A DNA stretch of 64,000 bases, from the NCBI GenBank assembly GCA_044892525.1, contig CM097886.1:114948001-115012000 (forward strand), read 5' to 3'. Both the position numbers and the translations under genes were made by a program. The first letter of the stretch is position 1. Every line of letters begins with the position of its first letter. The notes below the pieces were generated by a model. That model did not search any database. It was given only the letters and a program-made list of their open reading frames with translations, and was not told the origin of the DNA. Positions 13,501-27,100 of the stretch are shown here, one piece after another. The stretch comes from Schmidtea polychroa. Lineage: Eukaryota.

Positions 13501-16500
13501 AGGATCGTATTAGCAGTAATTTCATATTGTAAAAGGCTACCATCAAGAATATTGATGAACAAATTCGAAACACGAATAAAGAGTCCAATTTAATTATTTT
13601 ATTGATTAACCGCACAAGTTGTGACGCAATGATTTTATTGGTTTATATCGGAAAGCGCGCACCATTGAGGCAAAAATCAACTGTCATCAATTATTTGCGT
13701 CAATGACAATTATTATTGGCAGTTGGTAATTTAAAGTTAATATTTTTAATTAAATCTACATTTTTAAAAGTTTTTAAAAATAATTTTAATTTTTTAATGT
13801 TTATAATATTTTTAATGAAATTAGACTAGTATATTATGAATTTCATAATTAATTTTCAAAAATGTATGATTTATTAAATTTTTATTTAAATACATTTTTA
13901 AAGCTCTTAAATCTTTTTCACTAATAATTTCGGGAAATTTTTTATTTGATTATAATAATTTCCTACACACTTTTTGACTTCGATCAATCGTTTTTTATCA
14001 ATTTCTAAATACCTAAAAATGTAACTTTAAGTTTAATATTTTAATTATATATTACGTTTCTTAGTGGTTTTCTTCTTTATTTTTCATAATTTCCGGTAAT
14101 CTATCATCGTTTCCCAAATTTCTAAAAATGTTCTAAATTTGAAATTTGTTAAATTAATTATAATTTACATGGGTCCTTTATGCTGCTCTTTTACTTATAA
14201 AAAATGGGAATGTGATAAAGCGCTTGAAATATCCTTAAATTGTATATTTTTATAATTTAAAATGTTTGTAAAAAAAACATTCTTTTTGTCACTTTGCGTG
14301 TATTTGTGTTTGAATTTTATTATTCTCACTAAAATTAATTTTCTGTTATTCTATAGTAAATGCACATAATTTTTGTCACTATTTCAAATAGGTGTATTTT
14401 TTTCTATATATAAATTGGTAATAATGATAATAATTTATAAATATAAAGAAACTAAAATATGATTCTACTTTGAAGTTTTGTTTGAAAGATTCTTCTCTTT
14501 TTGTCAATTTCACTGATTTCGGATTGATTCTCATTTTGTCTCTTTTCATTTATTTTCATTCCGGATCTATTTTCATTGCCGGTAATCAATGAACTGAAGT
14601 GCTTAGTGGCTAAATTAATTGCTTGAAAATCAATATATTATTCGATTCAAACAAAAAATCAAACCAACAAACCTGGCACTTCAGTCATTGAGAATGGGGC
14701 TGCGAGGAATTGTAGACTAATAGAATATTTAATCGTCAATTCAGGAACTTTTTCTGTGAGGCACAATTGCTGCAAGTAGTAATTTTTATTGTTTTTTGTG
14801 TTGGACTGTATCAAACACCAGAGGTACTGTGCAGAGTCGTTACCAACTGTTGACTGTCAATACAAAAGGGATCATATATAGCCGCACTAATATGAATAAG
14901 AGCTTACCCCGTATCCAGTTGCTGTACAAATCACCTGGAATGATACAAACATTAGGGCATGAAATTAATAATTTTTTTTCAATGTGAAGATCACACATGA
15001 ATAAATACAGAGTATACTTCAAAAGTTAAATGATAATGATAAAATAAATATATTATACAAATTTTATTATTTGCTTCTTTTTTTAATAAAATGTGTTGTG
15101 TTGTAGGGAGTATAGGGATATGATTTTATAAGAAAAAGAATATTTTTTCAATTCCTATGTTCGCATCATGACATTTATAATATATTGACATTCGTTTATG
15201 GCGGAAATGTCCGTTATTTTTATTTTGAATTACAAATACAACAGTTTGTATATGATGTCTTAATTTCTTAGATATGTAAATCAAATTCACTGGTATTTTT
15301 ATATATGAGAATATAAACAGTACAAAACTGACGCTCCATTAAGCGACATCGAGCTGGCACTGTATGTATATAACTAAGTTGAATGAAATTATTTCATTAT
15401 TTGTTGAAATATTAATACTTTTTTAATAGATTTTGGAAATTCATTATTTCAATAACATACTTCTAACTTTGCAGAAATAAAGAATATAACACAATAAATG
15501 TTTTCCTTATTTTCCATCGTTTGGCAATTTATATTTTCATTACAGTCACTTTGTATTATAATTCATTTAAATTATAATAATAAATAAATTATAAATGCTT
15601 TTAAATGAATAAACACTTTATTAATAAATTAATATTATTAAATGAAATATCAACACTATTAAATGCAAAAGTCATACTAATAGATAGGAAATTTTAATAT
15701 TTAATATTGAAGAAAGTAATTAATTTTTTTACTTTCAAATTCGATTGAACTTTTCTAAAAAATCTTTACGATTGTTTCCCTAATCTAAATAAAAATTTAT
15801 TCTAATTCCATAGGCTATCAACAAACATATTTTGATACATGCGTTAATCTTCTCAAGGTTTTATCTAAATTCGATTACCGTATCTAGTTATTATGTTTCC
15901 TTACAGCCATGAGATTTACTAGCAAGTAAATTACTTTTTTCTTTATACAATTCATGCTAGTGTTTTGAACGAAATTGACAATTCCAGTAAATGATGAATT
16001 TGTATAACCCAAATAACTGAGTCTACAACAAATGCTTTAATAAATTATTATGAGTATTACAATAAGATAGTGAACCGTTATCACCTTGCAACAGGATTTA
16101 TCGAAAAAGGTCAAACTTCTACTTGAAAAATTTGAAGAAGACTATGGCAAATAATGGATAATATACTGTCGATAGAAACCCTTTACCAGCACGATATAAT
16201 AAAAGAATCATACTTTTATACATCATATACACCTCCTCCCCATCACTGCTTATAATATTACATTGGTCAATATTAGATGTGCACTTACTATGTCTTTTGG
16301 TTCAAATATTGTTTGGACCTTAATTGGAATCGGAATACGTTTTGGTAATTCTGATTCAACGAGACTTCTAGGCACCGACCAGCTATAGAGTTGAGATCTA
16401 TTACTCTCACGCTTGAACCTGAGTGAAAAGGTTATCATTTATATTATATACAATAAAATATCGACAAATTGATTTAATGTAATTTTGAGAACTGAGAAAT

Positions 16501-16988
16501 AAACAGGGAATTATGTATAATATAATATTCATGTATTGAATCCTTATAGTTATCGGTAAGTTCAACCTCCGTGCTATTAAATACAGAATTTAAGAAATTA
16601 ATAACTTTCGACATACCGGGATTGGTAAAATATTCCCCAATTACGAATACTATTTAGGAAAAATGATTTTTCATATAGATTTTTCATAGATTTTTATAGA
16701 TTTTTAAAAGAACAACTTCGTTATAAAAATTGGTAATCAGTTGACAATTATTCTGAAGATTCAGGAAATATTTCAATGGGGGAAAATGTAAAAGAAATAT
16801 TCAATAAGAGAGAAAGCAAAGTGAAAGACTTTCTAAATTTTGTATTAGAGTGAATAAGTACTATTTTAGGACAAAATATTTCATTTTATGAATAAACATT
16901 ATCATTTGCGGACAATTCGGTGCAGAAAATTCGGGGCAGAAATTTGAAATACATGTGAAAAAAATAAAATTATTTATTTATTGTGTTA

Positions 16989-17073
<85 letters not shown>

Positions 17074-18113
17074 CAAGCAAACTTATACTATTATGAATGT
17101 TATGCTTTAAGTTCAGATTTAATAATTATAATTTTTACCATAACCAGGCCCGACGCTAGAGTATTTGGCGCCCTAGGCAAACTAAAAAAATGGCGCCTCT
17201 AGTCTAGAAACAAACCCAATAATTAAAGAAGTAAATGAAAATAAAATAACTATACTTCATTTATTTATTACACAAAAATATATATAAAAACAAAAACCAT
17301 TTAAAATATAATTTTTCGTGCTTTTAGTTTAGGGAAATCTTCAAGCAGCAACTTCGTATCTATATCACGCGCCATTTCGTGTTCAATCGACAATATTGCT
17401 AATCCCACAAGCCGTTCTTGTGACATTGTAGATATAATATATATATATATATATATATACAAATTCATACATATGTATATATCAATATAAAGATAGAAAG
17501 TTTATAAAATATTTAATTTACTTGATAAAAAAAGCAGAACTATTTGGCGCCCGCTTGTAAATCGGCGCCCTAGGCTGCTGCCGACGTCGCCTATGCCTAA
17601 AACCGGGCCTGACCATAACTAAACAGGAATAAATTTTGTATACTGTAACTATCTATTCAATCTAGTCAGTTTTAATGAGTAATTATTTATTATTTTTATA
17701 ACTTTTGCCATTTTTTATCGATTAGAACGCAATTCCATTGCATAAGAAAAAATAATTTAAAAAATTAAAAAATATTATTATATTTTAATATTCAATTAAA
17801 AAATCGTACATGATTATTCAAACATTTTATTGTATCGACATTTATTTGTGTTAAATTAACTTACTTCGTATAATAACATTATATTTTATTTGTATTGTTA
17901 CTTAAGGTGTATGTGGCTCAATTACGTATTCAAGATTCTAAATACAATTAATATATTTTAATTGTCCTGCTCCCATATTTCCCTCCGAATTTCCCGCGCT
18001 GAATTGTCCGTTTTTCTGCACCGAATTGTCCCGCTATGAATTGCCTTAGAACCATTTATTTGTATTATAGTTTTATAAATGATTTCGCTATCGACAAGTT
18101 ATTTTAAAGTTTA

Positions 18114-18147
<34 letters not shown>

Positions 18148-21100
18148 AAATAAAAAAAAATTAAATTAAATTTTTATTGACAATTCTAAATATAACAAAG
18201 AAATTATTATATTTTACCTTGATAAAAGACTTTTTGATTTTTCTTTCATCTGAATTGATATTTCATCTTCTTTTTTAAACAGATTATTAAATCTGAAAAT
18301 TGTTTTTACAATTAAATTAATTTAATATTTCTAATAATAATAATAAAATAATGAGAATAATAAGAATCAATCAAGTCTATCTAATCAATGAGAGAAGACG
18401 AATACAAAACAATCATAAATACAAATTTTTAAAAAGAAAGTATTGGAGGTGAATAATAAACGAAGCATTGAAAATGGTGCTAGCAGCACAATGCCCATCT
18501 AGGAGGGTCCAAACCAATCAAAAATTCAATAACTATCAAATCATCACGAAATGCTGCCCAAACAAAACTATAATGACAGGAAAGTCAAAATTTTTATAAA
18601 ATAGTGCTCAGTAATTATCCATATTTTTAGGTAAATCAGCTCACGACGAGATCCGTCACTTTATCACTTACTTTTTATACGAAATTCGCCGACGTCGTCT
18701 CTTCTAAAATAAGTTTACTGTGACGAAATAATAAGAGAATGAATTGTATAATAGAGACTAATTAAATAGGGCGAAGTCAGTAAACAGGTTGCGCATTACT
18801 TGCGCACTTACTGCCCTATCGGTTAATAACGGGGATTATTGTTATTTACCAGATATGAACCACTTTAACTGTTCTAAATGCTCTAAAGTTATGCTAAATA
18901 TAAATTAATTTCCAAATTTTGTCCTTCAACTTGAACATCATCATATATCTGAATGTTTAAAATAAGGGATTTTATTATTCACTTAATCATTTTACCGATT
19001 CACAGATAAAACTTTCAAAACTTTTTAAAACCTTCTCCCAAAATAGAATTTTTTATTATAATGTATAAATAAATTTCAAATTGATGATAGAATTGATTCT
19101 AGCCAATTCCAAAAAAATTCCTATTATGTTTATCTCTTATAAAATTTTATTATCTTCATTTTGACTATAGATCAATTTATTCCCTATTTAACACCCATTT
19201 TAGACACTGCCGTTTTTAAATGTAATTATTGTTAATAAAAATTTTACACACTTGTAAACAAAGCAGTGTCGAATATTTGTGTAAAATATGAAAAAAATTA
19301 AACAAGTTCAAATAAAGATTTGAAAGTGAAATTTAAAAGGAACAAAAAACAAACCAAGCGTGAACAAAAAATGTTTTATTGTAATATTTTATTAATATCA
19401 TATTGTGCTGTAGTTTTGTGAAAATAATTACGAACCACGAATTTACTGGATTTCAATTTATTTATAAACTTTTCAGAAATATATTAAGAAAATTATTAGT
19501 TGAAATCAGTTTTGTTATGCATTCAATTTAGTTGTAAATTGCATCTGAGTTGCACAATTTATTTATTTATTTTTTGTATATATAATTTTCTTGAACTAAA
19601 TTGTGTTTTTTTAATAAAAGGTATTTTTTGGAATTAAAATTTTATTTTATGACAATCATACAATATAAATAAGTGTCGAGTTAGACTCGACATAGGACCG
19701 CTAAGGGTTAAATACATATTTATATTAAATATTTAAAAGAAATTTGATAAAATCAACGAAAATTGTCAAATTAGTGATGAGAATTGATAGTTGAATTATT
19801 TTAGGATTATTTGTGTTTTAGATTTTTGAGATTCAAGCACGCCTTTTAAAACATAATATCAAATTCTAATATTTTTCCGACAAATTTTTGGATTAATGAG
19901 TAATAAATTTTCAGAAAACGGATGTCAAAATTTTAGAATTACTATCGATTTTTCCGATTATTTACTTGGTAGTTTCCGAAGTACTTTTAGTTATTTATCA
20001 CAGAATTAAATTTTATACACATGCTGGAGTTGTCGGTGAAATTAAATATTATCAATTATTGATCTGACTCCAAAGCACGTCTTGTTTAACAACAATAACG
20101 AATTCCAGATAATATAAACTTTTATTGATTAGCACAATTGATTATCAATTTACAGCGATGCGATTAATTCAATATTTTAACAATGACTTGTGCTTAATGT
20201 AAGCCTTTGTGAGGAATAGGACGTTTACAATAAGACTTGGAAGTTTTACAAAAAACCCTACCTCTAATTTCCTTACAAATCCATTATTGTTTCAACTCTC
20301 ACTTCTGGACTTTTGAAAGACATAATACATATTTGTTTTCCACTAATTTACCTTTGATATTTTCATTTTATATCTAGGAGGTGGATTCATTATTATGTTA
20401 ATTCCCAATGTTTATTTCAGATTGAAACAGTTCATCGCAACATTTCTTCTGAACCAATTACCTATCCAAACATTGAAATTTACTGACACCTCATGTGATT
20501 TTGTAAAATCTTTTTTTAGAAACGGTTACTATTTTGATGACACTGTAAAAGTGTACGTTAAAAGAGCACTTTTCGTTCCAGTTGTAGTGATTATGGCATC
20601 AGATGAGCCTTTTTAGCCATTCTAAATTTTGATAGTATTACAAAACTCACCGCGATAAATAAAGAAATCAACCCAAAGCTTCAGGTAATTTTGATCGACA
20701 AATATAACCAGCTATTCCAATAAGATTACTGCATTATTAATAAACATAAAAAAATCTTTATGAAAGAGAAATTATTTTTCAAGTTCCTTTCTCTTCATTT
20801 CTTATCAAACTATAGCTCAATATTTGATCAATAATCTAAAAATAAATGAAGATAAAAGAAATTGAAAATGAAAATGAAAGTTGATTAATGGAGGAAACGA
20901 TAAAAGATTTTGTTAATAAATATTTATAATTCTATATTATTATATCCGAGTATAATCATTTATTATTTGTTAATAGTTAAACAGTTTAATGAAAAAAGTA
21001 TACTTGACTGTTTAAAGGTTTTGCCAATTTTCTTTTTTATTATTTTTTGATTAATCAAAATTCTTTTATTTTATAATTATTTGTAACCCTTTTACAATAA

Positions 21101-24100
21101 CCCACGCTCAGTCAATACACAATACATGGAAGGTATCAGATGTGCAGACATCATTAATGTGACTGAATGTATTCATCAGGTGGTCTGGAACATATGAATA
21201 CGGAAAAAATTCTGCATTAGTTTATTACTATGATTGCCAATTAAATTCAAAGACTTAAAACTTCTAAAAGTCAACAAAGAAAAGGTCTTATTTTCCATCA
21301 TCGGTCATATTTTGGAATCTTACACCACAATGTATCAAAAAGCCTATTATTCCTATTTAAAGAACTTAGCTGGTTATTTTAATTTATTTACCCTTCTATC
21401 ACTCAACACCATTCATCAAAATGGTAAGTGACTGATATCTATATCAGTAAATGGTAGACGCCTCAAACCTAATCTTGAAACCACTCCACAAACAATGATA
21501 TTGGGCGTGGATACCATTTTAACAATCTGTTTGGTGGATAAAAATGACTTAGAAAACTTTTCTTTTCAACTACATATTGTTTTCGTTTTGCCAACTGTTC
21601 TGTTTTCACGAGTAAAACTTTTCTGTCTTTCTACACTCGAAACTTCTCATAAAATTTCCAAGTTTCGAATTCCCATCGGGTGCTTGTATTTGCTTAATCA
21701 TTGCCCTCTTGATATTCAGTTTCATTATTCTTCACTTTTCTTTATAAGAAAAATATGGCGAGCCCCCAAAACATCGACTTCTAGATAATCAACAACAAAA
21801 TAATCAACTTCTAATTCATCTATTGGCGAAAACATCTACTGTCTAAAACAGGGGTCTCAAACTCAAACTGGCCTGCGGGCCGCATTAGACTAGTATCATG
21901 AGCAGGCGGGCCGCAACATAAATAATTGTTTTCCAGAACATGTGGAGTCTGAAAGACCGAAGTTAATATTTATTTAATTAAAAACTCAACAAAACTAAAA
22001 AACATTTTATTTTAATATTTTAGCATTCATTATGCTGCTTTCTTACATTAAAATACTAAAATTATAGTTACTGTGAAATCAATCCATGTTTTGCCCACTT
22101 ACCTGGCATCGTTTAGCATCAATGTTAGGTTTAATGTCCTGTGATGAAACCAGTCTTAGAGATGCTTGCAGATGTTCATCAGTAAGCCTAGATCTTAATG
22201 GCGATTTGATAATTTTCATGGAAGAGAAAAATTGTTCGCAAACATACGTACTTCCAAACATTGCTATCATCCTTGCAGCAGCAGAAAGTAACATAGGAAA
22301 CCTTTCTTTTGAAACAAACTGATAAAATTCTAGAATTCCAACATCTGAATACTTTTGCTTCAATATGGAATCACACTGAAGATCTACTAATTCCATCTGC
22401 AGTTCCTCTGCTATATTTTCAATCTCAACGGCGAATGGTGTTGCAAAAAGCTGAAAATGTGGTTCAAGTGCCTTAAAATCGTTAAAACGTAAAACAAATT
22501 GTTGATGCAAATCTGAAATTATATCTGCATATTCTTTCAGGGATTGGTTTTCGACTTTTCCTAAGGAATTCAAAGTTGAGAAATGGGCTAAGTTGCCGAC
22601 AATAAGCTGTCTTTGAAATAAAGACAATTTGACTTTGAATGATTTAACACTGTCATACATCTGTGTAATGACTTGTCTTTTGCCCTGAAGTTTTAAATTT
22701 AATGCATTCAAATGACCAGTTAAATCTGTCAGAAAGGCAAGGTCGCAAATAAACTTGGCATCAGTAAGCTGTGGAACCTCATTCTTTTTGAGTTTCATGA
22801 AAGAATAAATCTCTTCTCTAAGTGCAAAAAAACGATTCAGCACATTTCCTCGACTCAGCCATCTAACTTCGGTGTAATAAAGAATTTCCCGATATTCGCT
22901 TTCTATACTTGCTAGGAAAGAAGTGAACTGTCGGTGATTTAAGCCTCGTGAACGTATAAAATTGACCGTTTTCACAACCACATCCATGACACCCATCATT
23001 TTAATACTTTTGCTACACAGAGCTTCTTGGTGCACAATGCAATGTAAGCTAGTGAAATTATTATTTGGTATATTGAGGCTTTGTAGTTTGGTCTTCACCA
23101 ATCCAACAACACCGATTGTTTGTGAACACATAGCTGGCGCTCCATCCGTGACCATTGATACAAGTTTGTTCCATGGTAATCCAGCTTTTTCAAGACAATC
23201 TTCCAATCCTTTAAATAAATCACGTCCGTTGTGGTATTCTTCAATGGTACCAAGTCTAGAAATTCTTCCGTTACATTAAATTTACTGTCCACTCCTCTTA
23301 TAAAAATTGCGCACTGTGAAGTATCTACCAAATCAGTACTCTCATCAAGAGCGATCGAAAATGCTTCAAAATCTCCAGCCTTTTCAATAAATTGTTTTTT
23401 CACATTATCTGCTAAATCGGTTATTCTGCTTGCAACTGTATTAGCAGACAGACTTATGCTTTCGAATAGTTTCTTTTTATCAGGAATTAAAATTTCGCTG
23501 GCCTTCAAAAAACATTCTTTTATGAATGGACCTTCTGTGAAAGGTCGCGATGATTCAGCTATCATCAGGCTTAGCTCAAAACTTGTTTTTACTGAATTTT
23601 CTGCAAATTGGCTTAAATTCGAAAAAAAGTTTCGTTGCTTATCAAATTCTATTTTAAGCTTGTTAACTTTTTCATCTCGAATTTTTCCAGTATATTTATC
23701 ATATTTTTCACGATGCATAGTGTCGTAGTGCCGGCGAAGGTTGAACTCCTTTGGTACTGCGATAGTCTGCTGGCATATAAGGCACTGAATTTTATCTCTC
23801 GCCTCTGTGAAAAAATATAAATTCTCCCACTTCTCTTGGAAAACCCTTCTTTCATCAACGAGTTTTCTTTTTCTAGATAACAAAGTCATTTTGTGATGGG
23901 TATAAAAAATTTTAAATATGCCAATTATTATTTGTTGATTGAAATAACATTAAATTAAAATAAACAAAAATTTAAATTATGTAAAATATATGTATTTTTA
24001 ATATAACTTATATTTTTTTAATTTAAATAATTTAAATAATAAAATCAATAATTTTTAAAATAAATAAACTGTTTTCGATAAGATTCATAAGAAAGACGTA

Positions 24101-27100
24101 ATAAAGCCATTATTAAATTGTACTAGACGTCATATGTATAAATAAAAATAATTAAAAAGATTAGTTTTAATTTATACAGCCAATTATGATTTTAATTGTT
24201 AAATAAGTTTGGTTAAATTACAAATCTATGTTTTTTCGTTGCGGGCCGCGTGTTTGAGACCCCTGGTCTAAAACATCGAGTCCAAAACATCAACAACAAA
24301 TACATCGATTGTCAATAAAATCTACTTTTAAAACTTCTAAAACATCGAGTTTTAAAACATCTACAAATTAAAATTAAATTAATTGAGGTTAATTAAACTT
24401 TCATCTGATATTAAAATTTGTTGAATTAATTAAATGGATGAAAATATAACGAAAATGTTTCGCGGCACACTGGTTGGGAAGCTATGATATAAACATTTAC
24501 ATTTTGTCTGAGTTTATCCGACAAAATATTTTGACCCCCGAGGAGTACAGGTCACATGGGGACTGGTCGTACTCAACACACACACACCACGCCCGCACGA
24601 TTCGTGTAAAAGTCTTTTTTTAGGAAGAAAAGTACACACGAACGGTACTTTAAGATACAACAGAGGAGTATTAAAATTTGTTGAATTAATTAAATTGATG
24701 AAAATATAACGAAAAGAGATGGTTTCAAAATTAAACAAATTAAATAAAACTATTAAAATTAAAAAAAATGATGAGAGCATTTAATTCAAAATGGTTTTTT
24801 AAACTCGATGTTTTAGGCGATTGATGTTCTTGCCTTTTATTACTAAATGTTATTGACAGTTGATGTTTTTGACAGTAGATGTTTTCGACAATAGATGTTT
24901 TAAGGCTAAAAATAGATCTTTTCACACTCGATGTTTTAAAAATCGATGTACTAGAAGTCGATTTTATGAGGTGACCCGGAAAAATATACGAGTAATATAA
25001 AACATATAAAACTTGATTTATATTTACATGAATTTATATCTATGAATTTGTATTTATGGATTATATTTATGAATTTATTTATATGAATTTATATTATAAA
25101 GAATTTTTTAAATGTGCCAAGAATCAAATTTGATACAAATATTTTAAAGTATCGGGAGACCAAAAAACTAGAACAAAGTATTCTCTATGAGTGTTAAAAT
25201 ATGTGTTTTCGCATCTTCGTTGTCGCCTGAGTGACGAAAGACATTTTGCTGATCAAACTAAATAATAATTTTATAGAATGATTAAAAAATCTTTAAGACT
25301 TTATAATATTATTATTATTATAGTAGAACTAAATTTATGTTTTTTAATTTTAATATAAAATTTTCGTTTTTTTGTTAAATAAATACTAAAAAAACAAATT
25401 TTTTTATTAAATCCAGAACGATTTTTTTTAATGGAGCGGTGTCTGGAGCGGAGCGTTTTTAACCACCACTCAGAATCCCTGCCAATAATTATTAAATATT
25501 GAGCTAAACTTTATTTAAATATATTTCAAAATCTTGCCAGGACAATCTTTTTAAAAGTCTCAACAAATGAAATAGTCAAATTATTATTTTCCGCCAAAAT
25601 TTAATTAATTAATTTAAAATCAAACCTAACTTTAGTTCAACTCATGTCAAAATCAATTTATAGGCAAAATTATTTTCTTCGTAAGGGAAGGGGAGAGGGA
25701 GAGCTGATGGGTTAGATAAGAGACATCTTATTATTAACAGAATTTATTTGTTTTATTAAATATATAATTACAGCAATGTTAATTATATTGATTTATATTA
25801 TGAAAAAAGATGAAGATGAAAATGAAATTGAAAATAGATAAATGATGAAAAAGATAAAATCTGTTAATGAAATTTATTAGAAAAATATTGACAAACCGAA
25901 TCAATATTAACCCCTTATTATTGACATGAATAAAAAGCAGGGGGAATAAAAATTTTGGAATAATCGGTAGCCAATCAAAAAAAGCAATTAATAAAAATTA
26001 TAATAAATATCTATATAATAGAATCGGGATGAAGCGTGTCAAGTGCAATGGAGTTACGAGAGTCAACAGACGAGTCTCTGGAAAGCCGAGATTTGGATTT
26101 TGTCGATTTGCTAAGTTTGCTGAATCTAAATAGGATATAAAGTAGAAGTAAAATAAATAAAAAATTTTTTCATCAAAACGAAACCGCCAGATTATTCGTC
26201 ATAGTCAAAAATAAAGAAATTTCAAAAAAAAAATCCCGAAAAATAAAAATAAAAATCACAAATGTTTTTTTAATTAATATTGAGATCTAATTAATCTATT
26301 CTAGAAATATCATGAAATAAACCTTTTTCAATTTTTTATTTTTATCATATTTGTCGCCGCAACAAATCGGCTTGGGTCCACGCCTGAACGAGGTTAAAAA
26401 GACGAATGAATTTGAGATAGTTGCCAATAGACATTTAAACAAGATTTTCATAAAACCAAATCTAACAATTAAAACAATGAGAATTGGAAATGCCATTCAA
26501 ACAAAACAATTTAATAAAATAAATGATTGATATATAACATTTTGATTTATTTATATGTATTAATTACTAATATGTATTAATTATTTTTTCTGATTAGAAG
26601 CGCAATAAAAAATCAGTTAATTGGTTGTTAACAACTTTTAAATTTTTATTCACCTTTGATCTATTTCTATTTAATTTTAACATAGCATTTATTTTCAGTA
26701 GAACTATTGTTAAATTTTTTCCCCTCAGTAACCCAAATTTTATTAAGTTTATAATTTTTTAGAATACATAGGAAGAAAGGAAAATTGGATATTAGACAAT
26801 CACGCGTTTTGAATTCATAGATCCAAACCATTTCAAGTGAGTGGGAAAGAGCACGAATTAATTTCTGGAATCTCGGATACCAAATGGAGGTGGCGGACTG
26901 TTACGGTAGGACAAGTCAGACTACAGCAATGAACCTAGCAACAGGGTTACCCATGGTTGTCTTAAAGCGGTAACCCACTCTCGACTACGAATGACTGACC
27001 CAAGCGCAAGAAGTCAAGGCCGTACAGGACGCCAACTGGAATTTAATTAGGGTATAACGGGATATCCGAGAAGGTACGATCCCGGGATTCGACAGAGAAT

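Larger units (their letters stand above)
16900..18053. mobile_element. Foldback-type non-autonomous element with subrepeated inverted ends
   Basis: GGACAATTCGGTGCAGAAAA (16910-16929) is exactly inverted at 18012-18031; GAATTGTCC subrepeats. Left limit is approximate. Confidence 0.65.
21757..24978. mobile_element. MULE/foldback-type non-autonomous element hosting the young hAT
   Basis: Exact 9-bp TSD GAAAAATAT at 21748-21756 and 24979-24987; AAAACATCGA-type subrepeats on the left arm are inverted at about 24800-24970. Confidence 0.8.

Noticed and set aside
13440-13590. [15 protein letters not shown] on the minus strand, resembling the JIP WD40 strand VLVALADGTLAIF
   Set aside because: It lies upstream of where it belongs, has no convincing splice sites, and the true exon was found at 5193-5420.
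21234-21431. Plus-strand ORF ending in G|GTAAGT, suggesting a nested gene
   Set aside because: No partner exons or homology; it is antisense to the piggyBac-like remnant.
22086-23858. Several ORFs overlapping the hAT transposase (22086+, 22962+, 23231+, 23635+, 23649-)
   Set aside because: Antisense or alternate-frame shadows of a young coding sequence.
24266-24980. Regularly spaced short repeats resembling a CRISPR array
   Set aside because: Eukaryotic DNA, variable units, no unique spacers of constant length and no cas genes; explained by foldback TIR subrepeats.
26296-26496. 66-aa minus-strand ORF as the JIP exon following RH2
   Set aside because: It has an acceptor and a phase-0 donor but no JIP similarity, and it would not join the 26125 exon; not fully excluded as an alternative exon.
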